A stretch of 64,000 nucleotides of DNA, taken from assembly GCA_026708965.1 (NCBI GenBank), contig JAPOTY010000037.1, forward strand, positions 89,949 through 153,948. The letters are read 5' to 3'. A program made the position numbers and the translations under genes. The stretch comes from Gammaproteobacteria bacterium. Its GTDB lineage: Bacteria > Pseudomonadota > Gammaproteobacteria > Steroidobacterales > Foliamicaceae. Positions 8,184-18,049 of this stretch are shown piece by piece; positions within the stretch are counted from its first letter, which is position 1; each line of letters opens with the position of its first letter. The notes beneath the pieces were generated by a model that was not told where the DNA came from, did not search any database, and was given only the letters and a program-made list of their open reading frames with translations.

Positions 8184-10274
8184 ATGGCGGAGCTTGCGGG
8201 CCGAACCGGTTGGCGCCTTGCCGTGGGACAGGCGGCCCGCGCCAGTCTCGTTGCCTTGTCCGTTCTGGCATCCGCTTGCGGCGGTTCCGGTTCCGAGGCG
8301 CCGCCTGTTCCCCCAAGCATCAGCTTGTCGGCGGCCAGCATCGAGGCGGCGGCGCAGGGAGAAAATATTTCCGTGGACGTGTCCAACGGGGGCGGCGGCG
8401 CGCTGAGCTGGACGGCCGCCCTTGCCGAAGGCGTGGATTGGGCGCGCATCTCGAGCGGTTCCAGCGGCAGCAACGCCGGAACGATTGAAATCGAAGTGGC
8501 TCCCAACCTGGGCGATATGCGCGAGGTTGAATTGACCGTATCGGCCGCCGGGGCGGCTTCAGGCACCGTGACCGTGCGGCAGGCGGATGGGCGCCCGGCC
8601 ATCGAGTTGGAGGCCCCGAGCGCGGAACTGGACGGAGAGGGCGGCAGCGTCACGCTGGCGGTGCGGAATACCGGCGTTGCGCCGATGCAATGGAGCGCCG
8701 CCCTGCCGGACGGCGTGGACTGGGCTTATATCGCCAGCGGCCGCGAAGGCGTCGATGCGGGCGAAATCATGATTCGCTACCGATTGAACAGCGGCTTTGA
8801 CCGCGAGCTTCCGTTGCGGGTCACGGCCGCCGCCGCCGTCAATTCGCCCCAATCGCTCACGCTGAGCCAGGACTGGTTTGCATCGTCGGCCTGCACTTTC
8901 CCCGAAGCCCGAGGGGGGCTTCTCGAACAAATGAAGAGGTGGTACTACTTCAATGATGAGCCGGAGCAGCAGGCGCGTTACGACGGGCTGGATATCGATG
9001 AATACCTTAGCCTGGACGAGCTGCTGACCGAGCTTCGCGCGATCCCTCGCGACCTGCTTTTCAGCCAATGGATCACCCGCGCGCAAGCCGAGGCGGCGCT
9101 GGACCGGCGGCTCGTTGACTTCGGCTTTTACGGCTGGACTGCGCTCCGTATCGATTTCAACACGGGAAGGCAGGAGCTTCTGCACTATCAGGTGGCCGAT
9201 GTCTATGCGGGCTCTCCGGCGGACACTGCCGGGCTGGAGCGCGGCGACAAAATCCTGGGCCTTAACGGGAAGCGGATCGCGGATATCGCTTTCGCCGAGC
9301 ATGTGATCGACGAATTAGGGCCCAGCGACGAAGGTTTCGAGGTGAGTTTCGATATTGAGAAGCCATCAGGCGCGCGTCGGAGTTTCAGCATGGCCAAGGC
9401 GCAACTCGATGTTCCTGCGGTTCCCGAAGAGCACGCCCGGATATTTGACACGGGTGCAGGGCAGGTTGGCTATTTGCATGTTCGGGGCTTTTGGGGGGAT
9501 GCGCAAGCGCGCCTGCTGGAGGAATTCGCCGAACTCAACGCCGCCGGGATCAAGAATCTGATCGTGGATATACGCTACGCCGCCTTGGGGTTTACGCAGC
9601 CCGCTGAAGGCCTGGCCACTCTGATCGGCGGCCCGGAGCTTTACGCAAACCAGACGCGGACCGTGCTTTCAAGGCGCGTCCATAACGAGCAGCTCAGGCG
9701 GGAAGGGCGGGACAGCACGGTCTGGTTCGGATGCGGCGCCTTTCCAGCCCCGGATATGGCTGCGCGCTGCGAGAACGAGTCGTCGATAAGCGATTTGGAA
9801 AACGTCGTCTTTATCACCAGCTTCTTAACCATCGGCCCCGGCGAACTCGCGATTGCCGCGCTTCAGCCGCACGAGAACGTGGCCCTTGTGGGGACGCGCA
9901 CTTTGGGCAAGCCGGTCGGGCGATATGCGCTGCCCTTCTGCCTGGCCGATCCGAACGACATGGACTCGCGGCAGGCGGAGCTTTTGCCCGTGGCCTTCGC
10001 GAACTTCAATTCCGAGGGTTTTGGCGACTACTACGCCGGCCTCCAGCCGACGCAAGGCTGCGAGGTGCTCGACGAGGGCCTCAGCCTTCAGTTCGGCGAG
10101 GGCCGCGGCAGCCGTCCGTTCGGCGACCCTGATGAGCCCCGGATCGCCGCCGCCTTGCGCTATCTTGAGACCGGCAGCTGCGGCGTTCCCGCGCCTTCGA
10201 GCGCGCCTCCATACGGCATGGCCGTGCAGCTAGGCCCCGGGCGGAGCCTGATCACGCTGCTGCCGGATCAATAG
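8184..10274 (+). CDS. Lipoprotein paralog of 6144..8165 with degenerate S41 catalytic motifs (likely pseudo-protease)
   Basis: Same architecture, with lipobox-like LASAC. NGGGS is replaced by AALGF, and SASSSE by TIGPGE. TLGKPVG is retained. Confidence 0.8.
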   Translation: MAELAGRTGWRLAVGQAARASLVALSVLASACGGSGSEAPPVPPSISLSAASIEAAAQGENISVDVSNGGGGALSWTAALAEGVDWARISSGSSGSNAGTIEIEVAPNLGDMREVELTVSAAGAASGTVTVRQADGRPAIELEAPSAELDGEGGSVTLAVRNTGVAPMQWSAALPDGVDWAYIASGREGVDAGEIMIRYRLNSGFDRELPLRVTAAAAVNSPQSLTLSQDWFASSACTFPEARGGLLEQMKRWYYFNDEPEQQARYDGLDIDEYLSLDELLTELRAIPRDLLFSQWITRAQAEAALDRRLVDFGFYGWTALRIDFNTGRQELLHYQVADVYAGSPADTAGLERGDKILGLNGKRIADIAFAEHVIDELGPSDEGFEVSFDIEKPSGARRSFSMAKAQLDVPAVPEEHARIFDTGAGQVGYLHVRGFWGDAQARLLEEFAELNAAGIKNLIVDIRYAALGFTQPAEGLATLIGGPELYANQTRTVLSRRVHNEQLRREGRDSTVWFGCGAFPAPDMAARCENESSISDLENVVFITSFLTIGPGELAIAALQPHENVALVGTRTLGKPVGRYALPFCLADPNDMDSRQAELLPVAFANFNSEGFGDYYAGLQPTQGCEVLDEGLSLQFGEGRGSRPFGDPDEPRIAAALRYLETGSCGVPAPSSAPPYGMAVQLGPGRSLITLLPDQ

Positions 10275-10280
10275 CGGGGT

Positions 10281-11711
10281 TCAGGCGGCGCGGGCTTTTA
10301 TTTGCGCGGCGGCCTGCTCGCCGATCATGCGGCCGAAGGTCATGGCCGGCATCAGCGACATGCCGCCCACGAAGGCGGCGCCGGACAGGCGCGTGAAGCC
10401 GAGGATCTCGCCGGCGGCATAGAGGCCGTTGATCGGCTTCTCGGATTGATCCACAACCTGCAGGTCGCCGTTCACTTTCACGCCGCCAGGGCTGATGACG
10501 GTCACGCCCACCGCCTCGATGCCGTAGAACGGCGCGCGCTCGACGCGGCGCGGCAGGAACAGGCGATTGAAATCCGGATCCTCGCGGCTGTCCACGGCTT
10601 TGTTGTAGCGCCTGACCGTTTCCGCAAGATTTTCCGGCGGGATATCGAAACGGCCGGCCAGCTCCTCGATGGAATCGGCCTTCTGGAATGCCGGGTGGGT
10701 ATTGAATTCGGGGCGCAGGTCGCGGCCCTGCTTGTCCGGAACGGTCATCGGCGTTGCGTTCTGGCTGATGCCTTCGTCGAATACGATGACCATGCGCATG
10801 CCGGGCTGCTTCAAAAGCGAGGTCTCGCTGTAGTGGATGCTCGGATGGTCCTCGCGCAGGAACCGTTTGCCTTGGCCGTCCACGTAGATTTCCCAAGGCG
10901 CCCGGTAGGCCGGCGCCAACTGGAAGAACCAAGCGCTCAAGGGATCGTTTGGATCCTGCAAAAAGCCCGCGAAGGTGGCCAGGAATTGGTCTGTGCGGTC
11001 GATTTTGGCGCCGATCTCGCGGGCCGCAATGATCCCTTCGCCGCGCGAAAACGGGTTGCAATGCGAATGCAAGGGGTAGGGGGTGACCTCGTTCCATAAC
11101 TCGGGATTGGCCGCGTAGCCGCCGGTGGTCAGCGCCACGCTCGGGGCCCGGAACTCGAGCTTCTGGCCGTTGCATTCGGCTTTCACGCCCGCCACGGCCC
11201 CCGAAGCGGAAGTGAGCAGCCCGGTCATGCGCGTTTGCAGCCGCAGCTCGATCGCTCCCGAAGCCGCCAGCGCCCGATGCACGGGCTCGATCGCCTTGAG
11301 GATCGAAAGGCCCTGCTCATGGCCCCAGACGTAGCGGCGCGTGGCATAGGGCTCGTGCACCATTCCGGCCATGGGCGTTCCCGGCGCCAGTTCAAGCCCG
11401 ATATCCATGAGCCAGTGCAGGGTGTCCGCTGCGCCGCCTGTGGCCAGTCGGCCCAGCACCGGATCGATGCCGCCGTAGGCGATGCGCTGCGCGTCCTGGT
11501 AGTGCTCCTCGGCGCTATCCTCTATGCCCAGCGCGGCCTGCTGGCGGGTTCCTGCGGCGCTGATCTGGCCGGAAGACCAGTGCAAGGTGCCGCCCACGCG
11601 GCTGTCGGCTTCGATCTGCAGGACCCGGGCGCCGCCTTGGGCGGCGAATATCGCCGCTGGCAGGCCCGCCGATCCGGCGCCTACAACGATCAGGTCGTAG
11701 CCGCTGCCCAT
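10281..11711 (-). CDS. FAD-binding oxidoreductase (FAD_binding_2; fumarate-reductase / 3-ketosteroid-dehydrogenase-like flavoprotein)
   Basis: 476 aa. N-terminal dinucleotide fold YDLIVVGAGSAGLPAAIFAAQGGARVLQIE...GGT. The start shares one base with the stomatin stop (TAATG). Confidence 0.85.
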   Translation of the reverse strand: MGSGYDLIVVGAGSAGLPAAIFAAQGGARVLQIEADSRVGGTLHWSSGQISAAGTRQQAALGIEDSAEEHYQDAQRIAYGGIDPVLGRLATGGAADTLHWLMDIGLELAPGTPMAGMVHEPYATRRYVWGHEQGLSILKAIEPVHRALAASGAIELRLQTRMTGLLTSASGAVAGVKAECNGQKLEFRAPSVALTTGGYAANPELWNEVTPYPLHSHCNPFSRGEGIIAAREIGAKIDRTDQFLATFAGFLQDPNDPLSAWFFQLAPAYRAPWEIYVDGQGKRFLREDHPSIHYSETSLLKQPGMRMVIVFDEGISQNATPMTVPDKQGRDLRPEFNTHPAFQKADSIEELAGRFDIPPENLAETVRRYNKAVDSREDPDFNRLFLPRRVERAPFYGIEAVGVTVISPGGVKVNGDLQVVDQSEKPINGLYAAGEILGFTRLSGAAFVGGMSLMPAMTFGRMIGEQAAAQIKARAA

Positions 11712-12460
11712 TACGGCTTATCGGACATATTCATAAGGGGCTTCAGCAGATCGATCGGCAGCGGAAACACGATGGTGTTGCTGCCTTCGCTGGACACTTC
11801 GGTGAGCGTTTGCAGGTAGCGAAGTTGCAAGGCCTGCCCCTGCTCGGAGAGCGTGGCCGCGGCTTCGGCCAGTTGCGAAGCCGCCTGGGCCTCGCCTTCC
11901 GCGTGAATCACCTTGGCCCGCCGCGCCCGCTCGGCTTCGGCTTGGGCGGCAATGGCCCGGATCATGCTCTCGTCCAGATCGACATGCTTGATTTCCACGT
12001 TGGACACCTTGATACCCCAGGCATCGGTGTGCTGGTCGAGGATCGCTTGGATATCGCCGTTGAGCTTGTCGCGCTCCGACAGCATCTCGTCGAGTTCGTG
12101 CTGGCCGAGCACCGAGCGCAGCGTGGTTTGCGCCAGTTGGCTGGTGGCCTCGAACACGTTGGCCACTTGGATGATCGCCCGCTCCGGATCGACAATGCGG
12201 AAATAGACCACGGCGTTGACCTTCACCGACACGTTGTCGCGGGAGATCACGTCCTGCGTGGGAACATCCATCACGATCACGCGCAGATCCACCCGCACCA
12301 TTTTCTGGATGAAGGGGATCACGATGATCAGGCCGGGGCCTTTCACTTTCCAGAACCGGCCCAGCAGGAAAATCACGCCGCGCTCGTACTCGGCGAGTAT
12401 TCGCACGGATGCGACAATGAGCGCTAGAAGGATGATAGCTGCTATAAGAATTGCGAACAT
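11711..12460 (-). CDS. SPFH/band-7 stomatin-like protein
   Basis: 249 aa. N-terminal TM segment followed by [16 protein letters not shown]...[28 protein letters not shown], a classic stomatin/slipin sequence. GGAG RBS. Confidence 0.95.
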   Translation of the reverse strand: MFAILIAAIILLALIVASVRILAEYERGVIFLLGRFWKVKGPGLIIVIPFIQKMVRVDLRVIVMDVPTQDVISRDNVSVKVNAVVYFRIVDPERAIIQVANVFEATSQLAQTTLRSVLGQHELDEMLSERDKLNGDIQAILDQHTDAWGIKVSNVEIKHVDLDESMIRAIAAQAEAERARRAKVIHAEGEAQAASQLAEAAATLSEQGQALQLRYLQTLTEVSSEGSNTIVFPLPIDLLKPLMNMSDKP

Positions 12461-12470
12461 TATGAACTCC

Positions 12471-14042
12471 TTATCCTGTTTTTCTCAACAAAGTGAACAA
12501 ATTTCTCCGGGGATGCCGAACCGGCGGAGAGTGGCCGATGACCAGCTTCAGGCGATCCATGTCCGCGGAGTGAACGTAGAGTTCCTGACCGCTGGTGACC
12601 GCTGACGAGGCGCTGGCCTGCCAGCGCTCGCCCTGCACCAGCACCGGACCGGTGTCCTCGAAATCCTCAAGCGCCACCGCTCTTCGGCCCACCAGGCTCT
12701 CGCGGCCGCTGACCACCGGCCGCCGCTGGCTGCGGGCAAGCACCGCCACAAGGCCCAGCATCAGTAACCCGGCCGCCAGGCCCACGCCAGCGATTAGCGC
12801 CACAGGCGCCTCGAAACCGGGAATCCCGGTATCAAAAAGAATAATTGAACCCACAACAAAGGCCGCTACTCCTCCCAGGCCCAGCACCCCGAAACTGGGG
12901 GTGAGCGATTCCGCGATGATAAGGCCCACCCCTAGGACCATCAGCGCCAGCCCCGCGTAGTTCACGGGCAGCACGCTCAATGCGTAAGCAGCCAGCAGCA
13001 GGCAGATCACGCCCACGATGCCCGGCACCAGCGAACCGGGATTGTAGCCTTCCAGCAGCAGCCCGTAGAGGCCGACGATGACCAGCAAGTAAGCGACGCT
13101 CGGATTGGTCAGGATCGAAAGCAGGCGGGTGCGCCAACCGGGCTCCAGCCGCTCGATCTCCGCTTCGGCGGTGTTCAGCTTGATGGTCGCGCCGTCGAGA
13201 TCCACTTCGCGTCCGTCGGCCTTCTCCAGCAGATCCTTGACGCCATCGGCGATGAAGTCCGCCACATTCATTTCCACGGCCTCGATGGCTTCCAGCGTGG
13301 CGCCTTCACGCACCGCCTCTTCGGCCCAGTCGGCATTGCGTCCGCGCTGCCGGGCCAGCGAGCGGATATAGGAAACCGAGTCATTGATCATTTTGCGCTG
13401 CGCGGCCTCGGCGTTCGGATCCTGGGCGCTCTCGGCATCCTCCCCGCCTTCATCTTCTCCGCCGTCATCAGCGGCGGATTCCTGATCGGCATCGGGCGAG
13501 GACTCGGCATCCGCGTTGCCGGGTTCGCTCTCGCCGTTGGATTCCGCCGCGCGCAACAGGACCGGAGCGCCCGGCCTAAGGCCCGCCATGCCGGCATGGC
13601 CCATGCTCACCGGGGTCGCGGCGCCCAGCGTTGTGGCTTTCGACATCGCCGCCACGTGGCTGGCGTAGAGAATATAGGTTCCCGCGCTGGCGGCGCGCGC
13701 TCCGTTGGGCGTCACATACACCGCGACCGGCACATCGGATGCCAGGATTTCCTTGATCATGTCGCGCATCGGCTCTAGCAATCCGCCCGGGGTGTCCAGC
13801 TCCAGCACCAGGATGCTCGCCTCGCGCTCCTGCGCGGTTTTCAGGCTGCTGATAAAAAATTCGGCGGTGGCCACGCCGATCGCATCGTCGATTGAAATCA
13901 CCAGCGCCACGCCGGGAGCGTCGTCGGCGCCTGCCTCCTCCGCGATGTCTTCCGCCCCTGCCGCGCCCCACAGTAACGCGCCCGCGAGGGCCAGCAGGGC
14001 GGACCGGAAAACGGGCTTCGGCAGGTTTGGCAGCGGGCGCAT
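12471..14042 (-). CDS. nfeD: Long-form NfeD membrane-bound ClpP-class serine protease
   Basis: 523 aa. ClpP-like N-domain ([21 protein letters not shown]), several TM helices and a C-terminal OB-like tail. Lies immediately upstream of the stomatin gene, the conserved nfeD-stomatin pairing. Confidence 0.9.
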   Translation of the reverse strand: MRPLPNLPKPVFRSALLALAGALLWGAAGAEDIAEEAGADDAPGVALVISIDDAIGVATAEFFISSLKTAQEREASILVLELDTPGGLLEPMRDMIKEILASDVPVAVYVTPNGARAASAGTYILYASHVAAMSKATTLGAATPVSMGHAGMAGLRPGAPVLLRAAESNGESEPGNADAESSPDADQESAADDGGEDEGGEDAESAQDPNAEAAQRKMINDSVSYIRSLARQRGRNADWAEEAVREGATLEAIEAVEMNVADFIADGVKDLLEKADGREVDLDGATIKLNTAEAEIERLEPGWRTRLLSILTNPSVAYLLVIVGLYGLLLEGYNPGSLVPGIVGVICLLLAAYALSVLPVNYAGLALMVLGVGLIIAESLTPSFGVLGLGGVAAFVVGSIILFDTGIPGFEAPVALIAGVGLAAGLLMLGLVAVLARSQRRPVVSGRESLVGRRAVALEDFEDTGPVLVQGERWQASASSAVTSGQELYVHSADMDRLKLVIGHSPPVRHPRRNLFTLLRKTG

Positions 14043-14126
14043 AGGGGTCTGGAATCATAGCATGCACGCCTGTTCGCCGTTAAAATCCGCAATGCTTTCC
14101 ACTAATGGCTGAGGAGGGCGGCATCA

Positions 14127-14210
14127 ATGACGTGGATTCTGAAATTTCTGGTTATTCCAGCCCTGATCGGGGCCTTGGCCAGTTGGCTCAGACATGGACG
14201 CCGCAGCTAA
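14127..14210 (+). CDS. Possible 27-aa hydrophobic upstream ORF (MTWILKFLVIPALIGALASWLRHGRRS)
   Basis: Too short to appear in the ORF track; read by hand. A strong GAGGAGGG lies 8 nt upstream of the ATG. The ORF overlaps the DAHP synthase start (14194) by 17 nt, and that start has no Shine-Dalgarno sequence of its own. Confidence 0.4.
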   Translation: MTWILKFLVIPALIGALASWLRHGRRS

Positions 14211-15564
14211 CCCGAGCCAAGCCAGCGCAAGGGCCGGCTGGCGCCCGGACAGCTGGCGGGCTTGCGAAACGGCGCAGCAGCCGGAGTACGGCGATTCCGA
14301 AGCGCTGGAGGCGGCGCTGAGCGAGCTGGCCGCGCTGCCGCCTATCGTGACCAGTTGGGAAGTGGAGTCGCTGCGCCAGTCGATCGCGGCCGCGCAACGC
14401 GGCGAAGCCTTTGTGCTGCAGGGCGGCGATTGCGCGGAAACATTCCCTGAATGCACTTCCGACATCATCGTGGCGCGGCTGAAGGTGCTGCTGCAAATGA
14501 GCTTGGTTCTAAGCTACGGGCTGCGCAAGCCGATCGTGCGCGTGGGGCGCATGGCCGGCCAGTACGCGAAGCCGCGCTCGGCGCCGCTGGAATCGCGCGA
14601 GGCCGTGTCGCTGCCGAGTTTCCGCGGCGATCTCGTCAACCATGAATCGTTCACCTCCGGCGCCCGCGCGCCCGATCCCAAATTGCTGCTGCGCGGCTAC
14701 GAAAGGGCCGCATTGACGCTTAATTTCGTGCGCTCGCTGGTCGATGGCGGTTTCGCCGACCTGCACCATCCGGAGAACTGGAATCTGGACTGGGTTGGCC
14801 ATTCGCCGCAGGCCGAAGCCTACGAGGCCATCGTTGACCGGATCACGCGCTCGCTGGACTTTATCGAGCATTCCACCGGCCGCGACCTGAGCCGCTTGCG
14901 CCGCACGAATTTCTATACTTCCCACGAAGGCCTGTTGCTCCACTATGAGCAGGCCCAGACGCGGCTGCTCCCGCACCGCGGCGTCTGGTACAACCTCACC
15001 ACGCACTTCCCCTGGATCGGCATGCGCACCGCCCAGCTTGGGGGCGGGCATGTGGAGTTCTTCCGCGGTGTGGCCAATCCCATGGGCATCAAGATCGGCC
15101 CGGCCATGACCTCCGAATGGCTGGTTGAATTGCTCGGCGTGCTGAACCCGGACAATCAGGAAGGCCGGATCACGCTGATTCACCGGATGGGCGCCGGACG
15201 GGTGGGCGAAGCGCTGCCGCCCCTGATCGAGGCCGTTCAGCGCCAAGGCGCGAAGGTATTGTGGATGTGCGACCCGATGCACGGCAATACCGAAACGGCC
15301 GCCAACGGGCGCAAGACAAGGCGGCTTGAGCGGATCGAGGAGGAGCTCGACCGGGCGTTCGCCGCGCATGCCAAAGCCGGCACTTGGCTGGGCGGCGTGC
15401 ATTTGGAGCTGACAGGCGAGAACGTGACCGAGTGCGTGGGCGGGGCGCGGGGGCTGAAGGAATCCGACTTGGACAAGAGCTACCGGACCCAGGTGGATCC
15501 GCGCCTGAACTATGAGCAGGCCATCGAGCTGGCCATGCTGATTTCGCAAAAGGCGGTCGGCTAG
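14194..15564 (+). CDS. Class II (plant-like) 3-deoxy-7-phosphoheptulonate (DAHP) synthase
   Basis: 456 aa. WRPDSWR...QQPEY...LPPIVTSWEV...AFVLQGGDCAETF is the hallmark N-terminus of class II DAHPS. Confidence 0.95.
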   Translation: MDAAANPSQASARAGWRPDSWRACETAQQPEYGDSEALEAALSELAALPPIVTSWEVESLRQSIAAAQRGEAFVLQGGDCAETFPECTSDIIVARLKVLLQMSLVLSYGLRKPIVRVGRMAGQYAKPRSAPLESREAVSLPSFRGDLVNHESFTSGARAPDPKLLLRGYERAALTLNFVRSLVDGGFADLHHPENWNLDWVGHSPQAEAYEAIVDRITRSLDFIEHSTGRDLSRLRRTNFYTSHEGLLLHYEQAQTRLLPHRGVWYNLTTHFPWIGMRTAQLGGGHVEFFRGVANPMGIKIGPAMTSEWLVELLGVLNPDNQEGRITLIHRMGAGRVGEALPPLIEAVQRQGAKVLWMCDPMHGNTETAANGRKTRRLERIEEELDRAFAAHAKAGTWLGGVHLELTGENVTECVGGARGLKESDLDKSYRTQVDPRLNYEQAIELAMLISQKAVG

Positions 15565-15588
15565 CGTGCTGGGCGCACCGGCAGCGCG

Positions 15589-17415
15589 ATGAGCGCCGGC
15601 GACGAGACCCCGTTCGATCCCAAGCCGTTTCTCCAAAGCCTCACGCAGGGCTGCGGCGTTTACCGGATGCTGGACCCGAAAGGCGATATCCTTTACGTGG
15701 GCAAGGCCAAGAACCTGAGGCGCCGGGTGGCGTCGTACTTCGGCGCGCGCAGCCATCAGCCCCGGATCCATAAGCTGATGAGCCGCACCCGGCGGGTGGA
15801 AGTGACCGTGACCGCAACGGAACAGGAAGCGCTGCTTTTGGAATGCAACCTGATCAAGCGCCATAAGCCGCGCTTCAACGTGTATCTGCGCGACGACAAA
15901 AGCTATCCCTATGTGTATGCGACCACCCGCGATCCTTTTCCCCGCTTTGCCTTCCATCGCGGCGCGCGGCGCGGCAAGGGCCGCTATTTGGGGCCCTATT
16001 CCAATGCCGCGGCGGTGCGCGGCGCGCTGAGCCAGGCGCAGAAGCTGTTCCGGATACGGCTGTGCGAAGATTCCTATTTCCGCTACCGCAAGCGGCCTTG
16101 CCTGCAATACCAGCTGAACCGCTGCACGGCCCCCTGCGTGGGCCTGGTCAGCGAGGACGAATATGCTGCCGACGCAAGCCAGGCGCTATTGTTCCTGGAG
16201 GGGAAAAACGAAGCGGTGCTGGAGGACCTGCTAGGGCGCATGGAGCAGGCGGCGAAGAATTTGGATTACGAACGCGCGGCGCTGCTGCGCGACCGGGTGG
16301 CCGCGCTTCAGCGGGTGCAGGCCAGCCAGTCGGTGGCGGGCGGCGCGGCGCGCGACCTCGATGTGGTGGCCGTGTCCGAGAGCGGCGGGGTGTATTGCGT
16401 GGCCGTGCTGTGGATCCGGCGGGGCGCGCTGATGGGCAGCCGCCTGTTCTTTCCGCGCGTGATGCCGGGCGTGGAGTCGCGCGAAGTGACGGGCGCTTTC
16501 ATCGCGCAGCACTATTTCGAGCGCGGCGCGCCCCGCGAAGTGATCAGCGGCGGCCCCATTGGGCGCCGGGAATTGCTGGAAAGCGCGTTGGCGTTGAAGA
16601 GCGGCCATCCGGTCGCAGTGCGCTGGCAGGTTAGGGGATGGCGCCGGCGCTGGGTGGAACTGGCGCGCAGGAATGCCGAAGCGGGCGCTTTGCAGCAGGC
16701 TGCGGGTTCCCGCGGCCTCGCTTCGCAGCTGAAGGCGCTGGCTAGGGAGCTGCGCTTGATGCGCCCGCCGGAGCGCATCGAATGCTTCGATATCAGCCAT
16801 ACCGGCGGAGAATCCCCGGTCGCGTCCTGCGTGGTGTTTTCGCCGGAAGGCGCCAGCCGCTCCGACTACCGGCGGTTCAATATCCGCGATGCCGAAAGCG
16901 GCGACGACTACGGCGCCATCGCCGAGGCCGTGCGCCGCCGCTATGGTCGGCTGGTCCGTGAAGAAGCGGCGCTGCCGGAGCTATTGCTGATCGACGGCGG
17001 CCGCGGCCAGCTGAACGTGGCGCGCGCCGAACTGGAGGCGCTGGGCCTGTCGAGCATGCCGGTCGCCGCCGTAGCCAAGGGTTTCGGTCGCCGCGAGGGC
17101 CGCGAGCGCATCTACATGCCGGATCTCGCCCGGTCGCTGGTTCCCGGCCCCGGCTCCGCAGCGCTGAAACTGATCGCGCGCATCCGCGACGAGGCCCACC
17201 GCTTCGCGCTCGAAGGCCACCGCCGCCGGAGGCGCGCCGCGCGCAAGTCCTCGGTGCTGGATGAAGTGCCGGGGCTCGGCCCTAAGCGCCGCCGCCAGCT
17301 TTTGCGGCATTTCGGCGGATTGCGCGGCGTCGAGGCTGCTCCCGTGGAGGATTTGCGCAAGCTCCCTGGCATCGGCCCCGAACTCGCCCAACGCATCCAC
17401 GCCGCCCTCCACTGA
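15589..17415 (+). CDS. uvrC: Excinuclease ABC subunit C
   Basis: 608 aa. GIY-YIG motif (GVYRMLDPKGDILYVGKAKNLRRRV), UVR domain, and C-terminal HhH (VPGLGPKRRRQLLRHFG). Confidence 0.97.
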   Translation: MSAGDETPFDPKPFLQSLTQGCGVYRMLDPKGDILYVGKAKNLRRRVASYFGARSHQPRIHKLMSRTRRVEVTVTATEQEALLLECNLIKRHKPRFNVYLRDDKSYPYVYATTRDPFPRFAFHRGARRGKGRYLGPYSNAAAVRGALSQAQKLFRIRLCEDSYFRYRKRPCLQYQLNRCTAPCVGLVSEDEYAADASQALLFLEGKNEAVLEDLLGRMEQAAKNLDYERAALLRDRVAALQRVQASQSVAGGAARDLDVVAVSESGGVYCVAVLWIRRGALMGSRLFFPRVMPGVESREVTGAFIAQHYFERGAPREVISGGPIGRRELLESALALKSGHPVAVRWQVRGWRRRWVELARRNAEAGALQQAAGSRGLASQLKALARELRLMRPPERIECFDISHTGGESPVASCVVFSPEGASRSDYRRFNIRDAESGDDYGAIAEAVRRRYGRLVREEAALPELLLIDGGRGQLNVARAELEALGLSSMPVAAVAKGFGRREGRERIYMPDLARSLVPGPGSAALKLIARIRDEAHRFALEGHRRRRRAARKSSVLDEVPGLGPKRRRQLLRHFGGLRGVEAAPVEDLRKLPGIGPELAQRIHAALH

Positions 17416-17488
17416 GAAGGTTTTGGCCGCTGCGGCTCAATTTGAACGATTGGGCTTGCCTCCGCGCTCAATTCGCTATAGTGGCGGC

Positions 17489-18049
17489 ATGAACCTTGCG
17501 ATTATCCTGACGTGGTTTCGGGTTGCCGCCATGCCCAGCGTCGTGGCTCTGTTCTATCTTCCGCATCCTTGGGCGCATCCGGTCGCCGGCCTGGTGTTCG
17601 GCGCGGCCGCGCTCACCGATTGGGCGGACGGCTGGGTGGCGAGGCGCTTCAACCAGGGGTCGCGTTTCGGGGCTTTCCTGGATCCCGTGGCGGACAAGCT
17701 GCTGGTGATCGCGGCGCTGCTGCTTTTGGTTCAGGCCAATCCGGGCATGATGCTGGCGCTGGTGGCGATCGTGATCATCGGTCGGGAGGTGGCCGTTTCG
17801 GCGCTGCGCGAATGGATGGCGGCGCTCGGCCAGCGGGGGCGGGTCAATGTGATCCGGCTGGCCAAATACAAATCCATCGGACAGATGGTGGCCTTGGCGT
17901 GCATGCTGTACAAGCAGCCGCTGTGGTTTCTGCCGCTCTACGAAATCGGCTACGCCCTGCTGCTGCTGTCGGCGGGACTGACCTTGCTCACGGGCGCCCT
18001 CTACATGCTGCGGGCCAGGGCCGCCATGCGCGGCGCATCCGCACCATGA
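17489..18049 (+). CDS. pgsA: CDP-diacylglycerol--glycerol-3-phosphate 3-phosphatidyltransferase
   Basis: Start at MNLAIILTWFRV. CDP-alcohol phosphotransferase motif DWADGWVARRF...GAFLDPVADK. Lies directly after uvrC, as in enterobacteria. Confidence 0.95.
   Translation: MNLAIILTWFRVAAMPSVVALFYLPHPWAHPVAGLVFGAAALTDWADGWVARRFNQGSRFGAFLDPVADKLLVIAALLLLVQANPGMMLALVAIVIIGREVAVSALREWMAALGQRGRVNVIRLAKYKSIGQMVALACMLYKQPLWFLPLYEIGYALLLLSAGLTLLTGALYMLRARAAMRGASAP

Noticed and set aside
10252-11175. 307-aa minus-strand and 265-aa plus-strand ORFs overlapping the FAD oxidoreductase gene
   Set aside because: Alternative frame or antisense of a well-supported flavoprotein gene. Pro/Arg/Gly-rich with no motifs.
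14509-16107. 532-aa minus-strand ORF
   Set aside because: Antisense to both DAHP synthase and uvrC, spanning their intergenic gap. No domain signatures. A shadow ORF.
17512-18045. N-terminal 178-aa extension of the amidohydrolase ORF (track start 17512)
   Set aside because: It overlaps pgsA in another frame and is Gly/Arg/Ala-rich. A lipoprotein-type start with an ATGA overlap at 18046 explains the gene.
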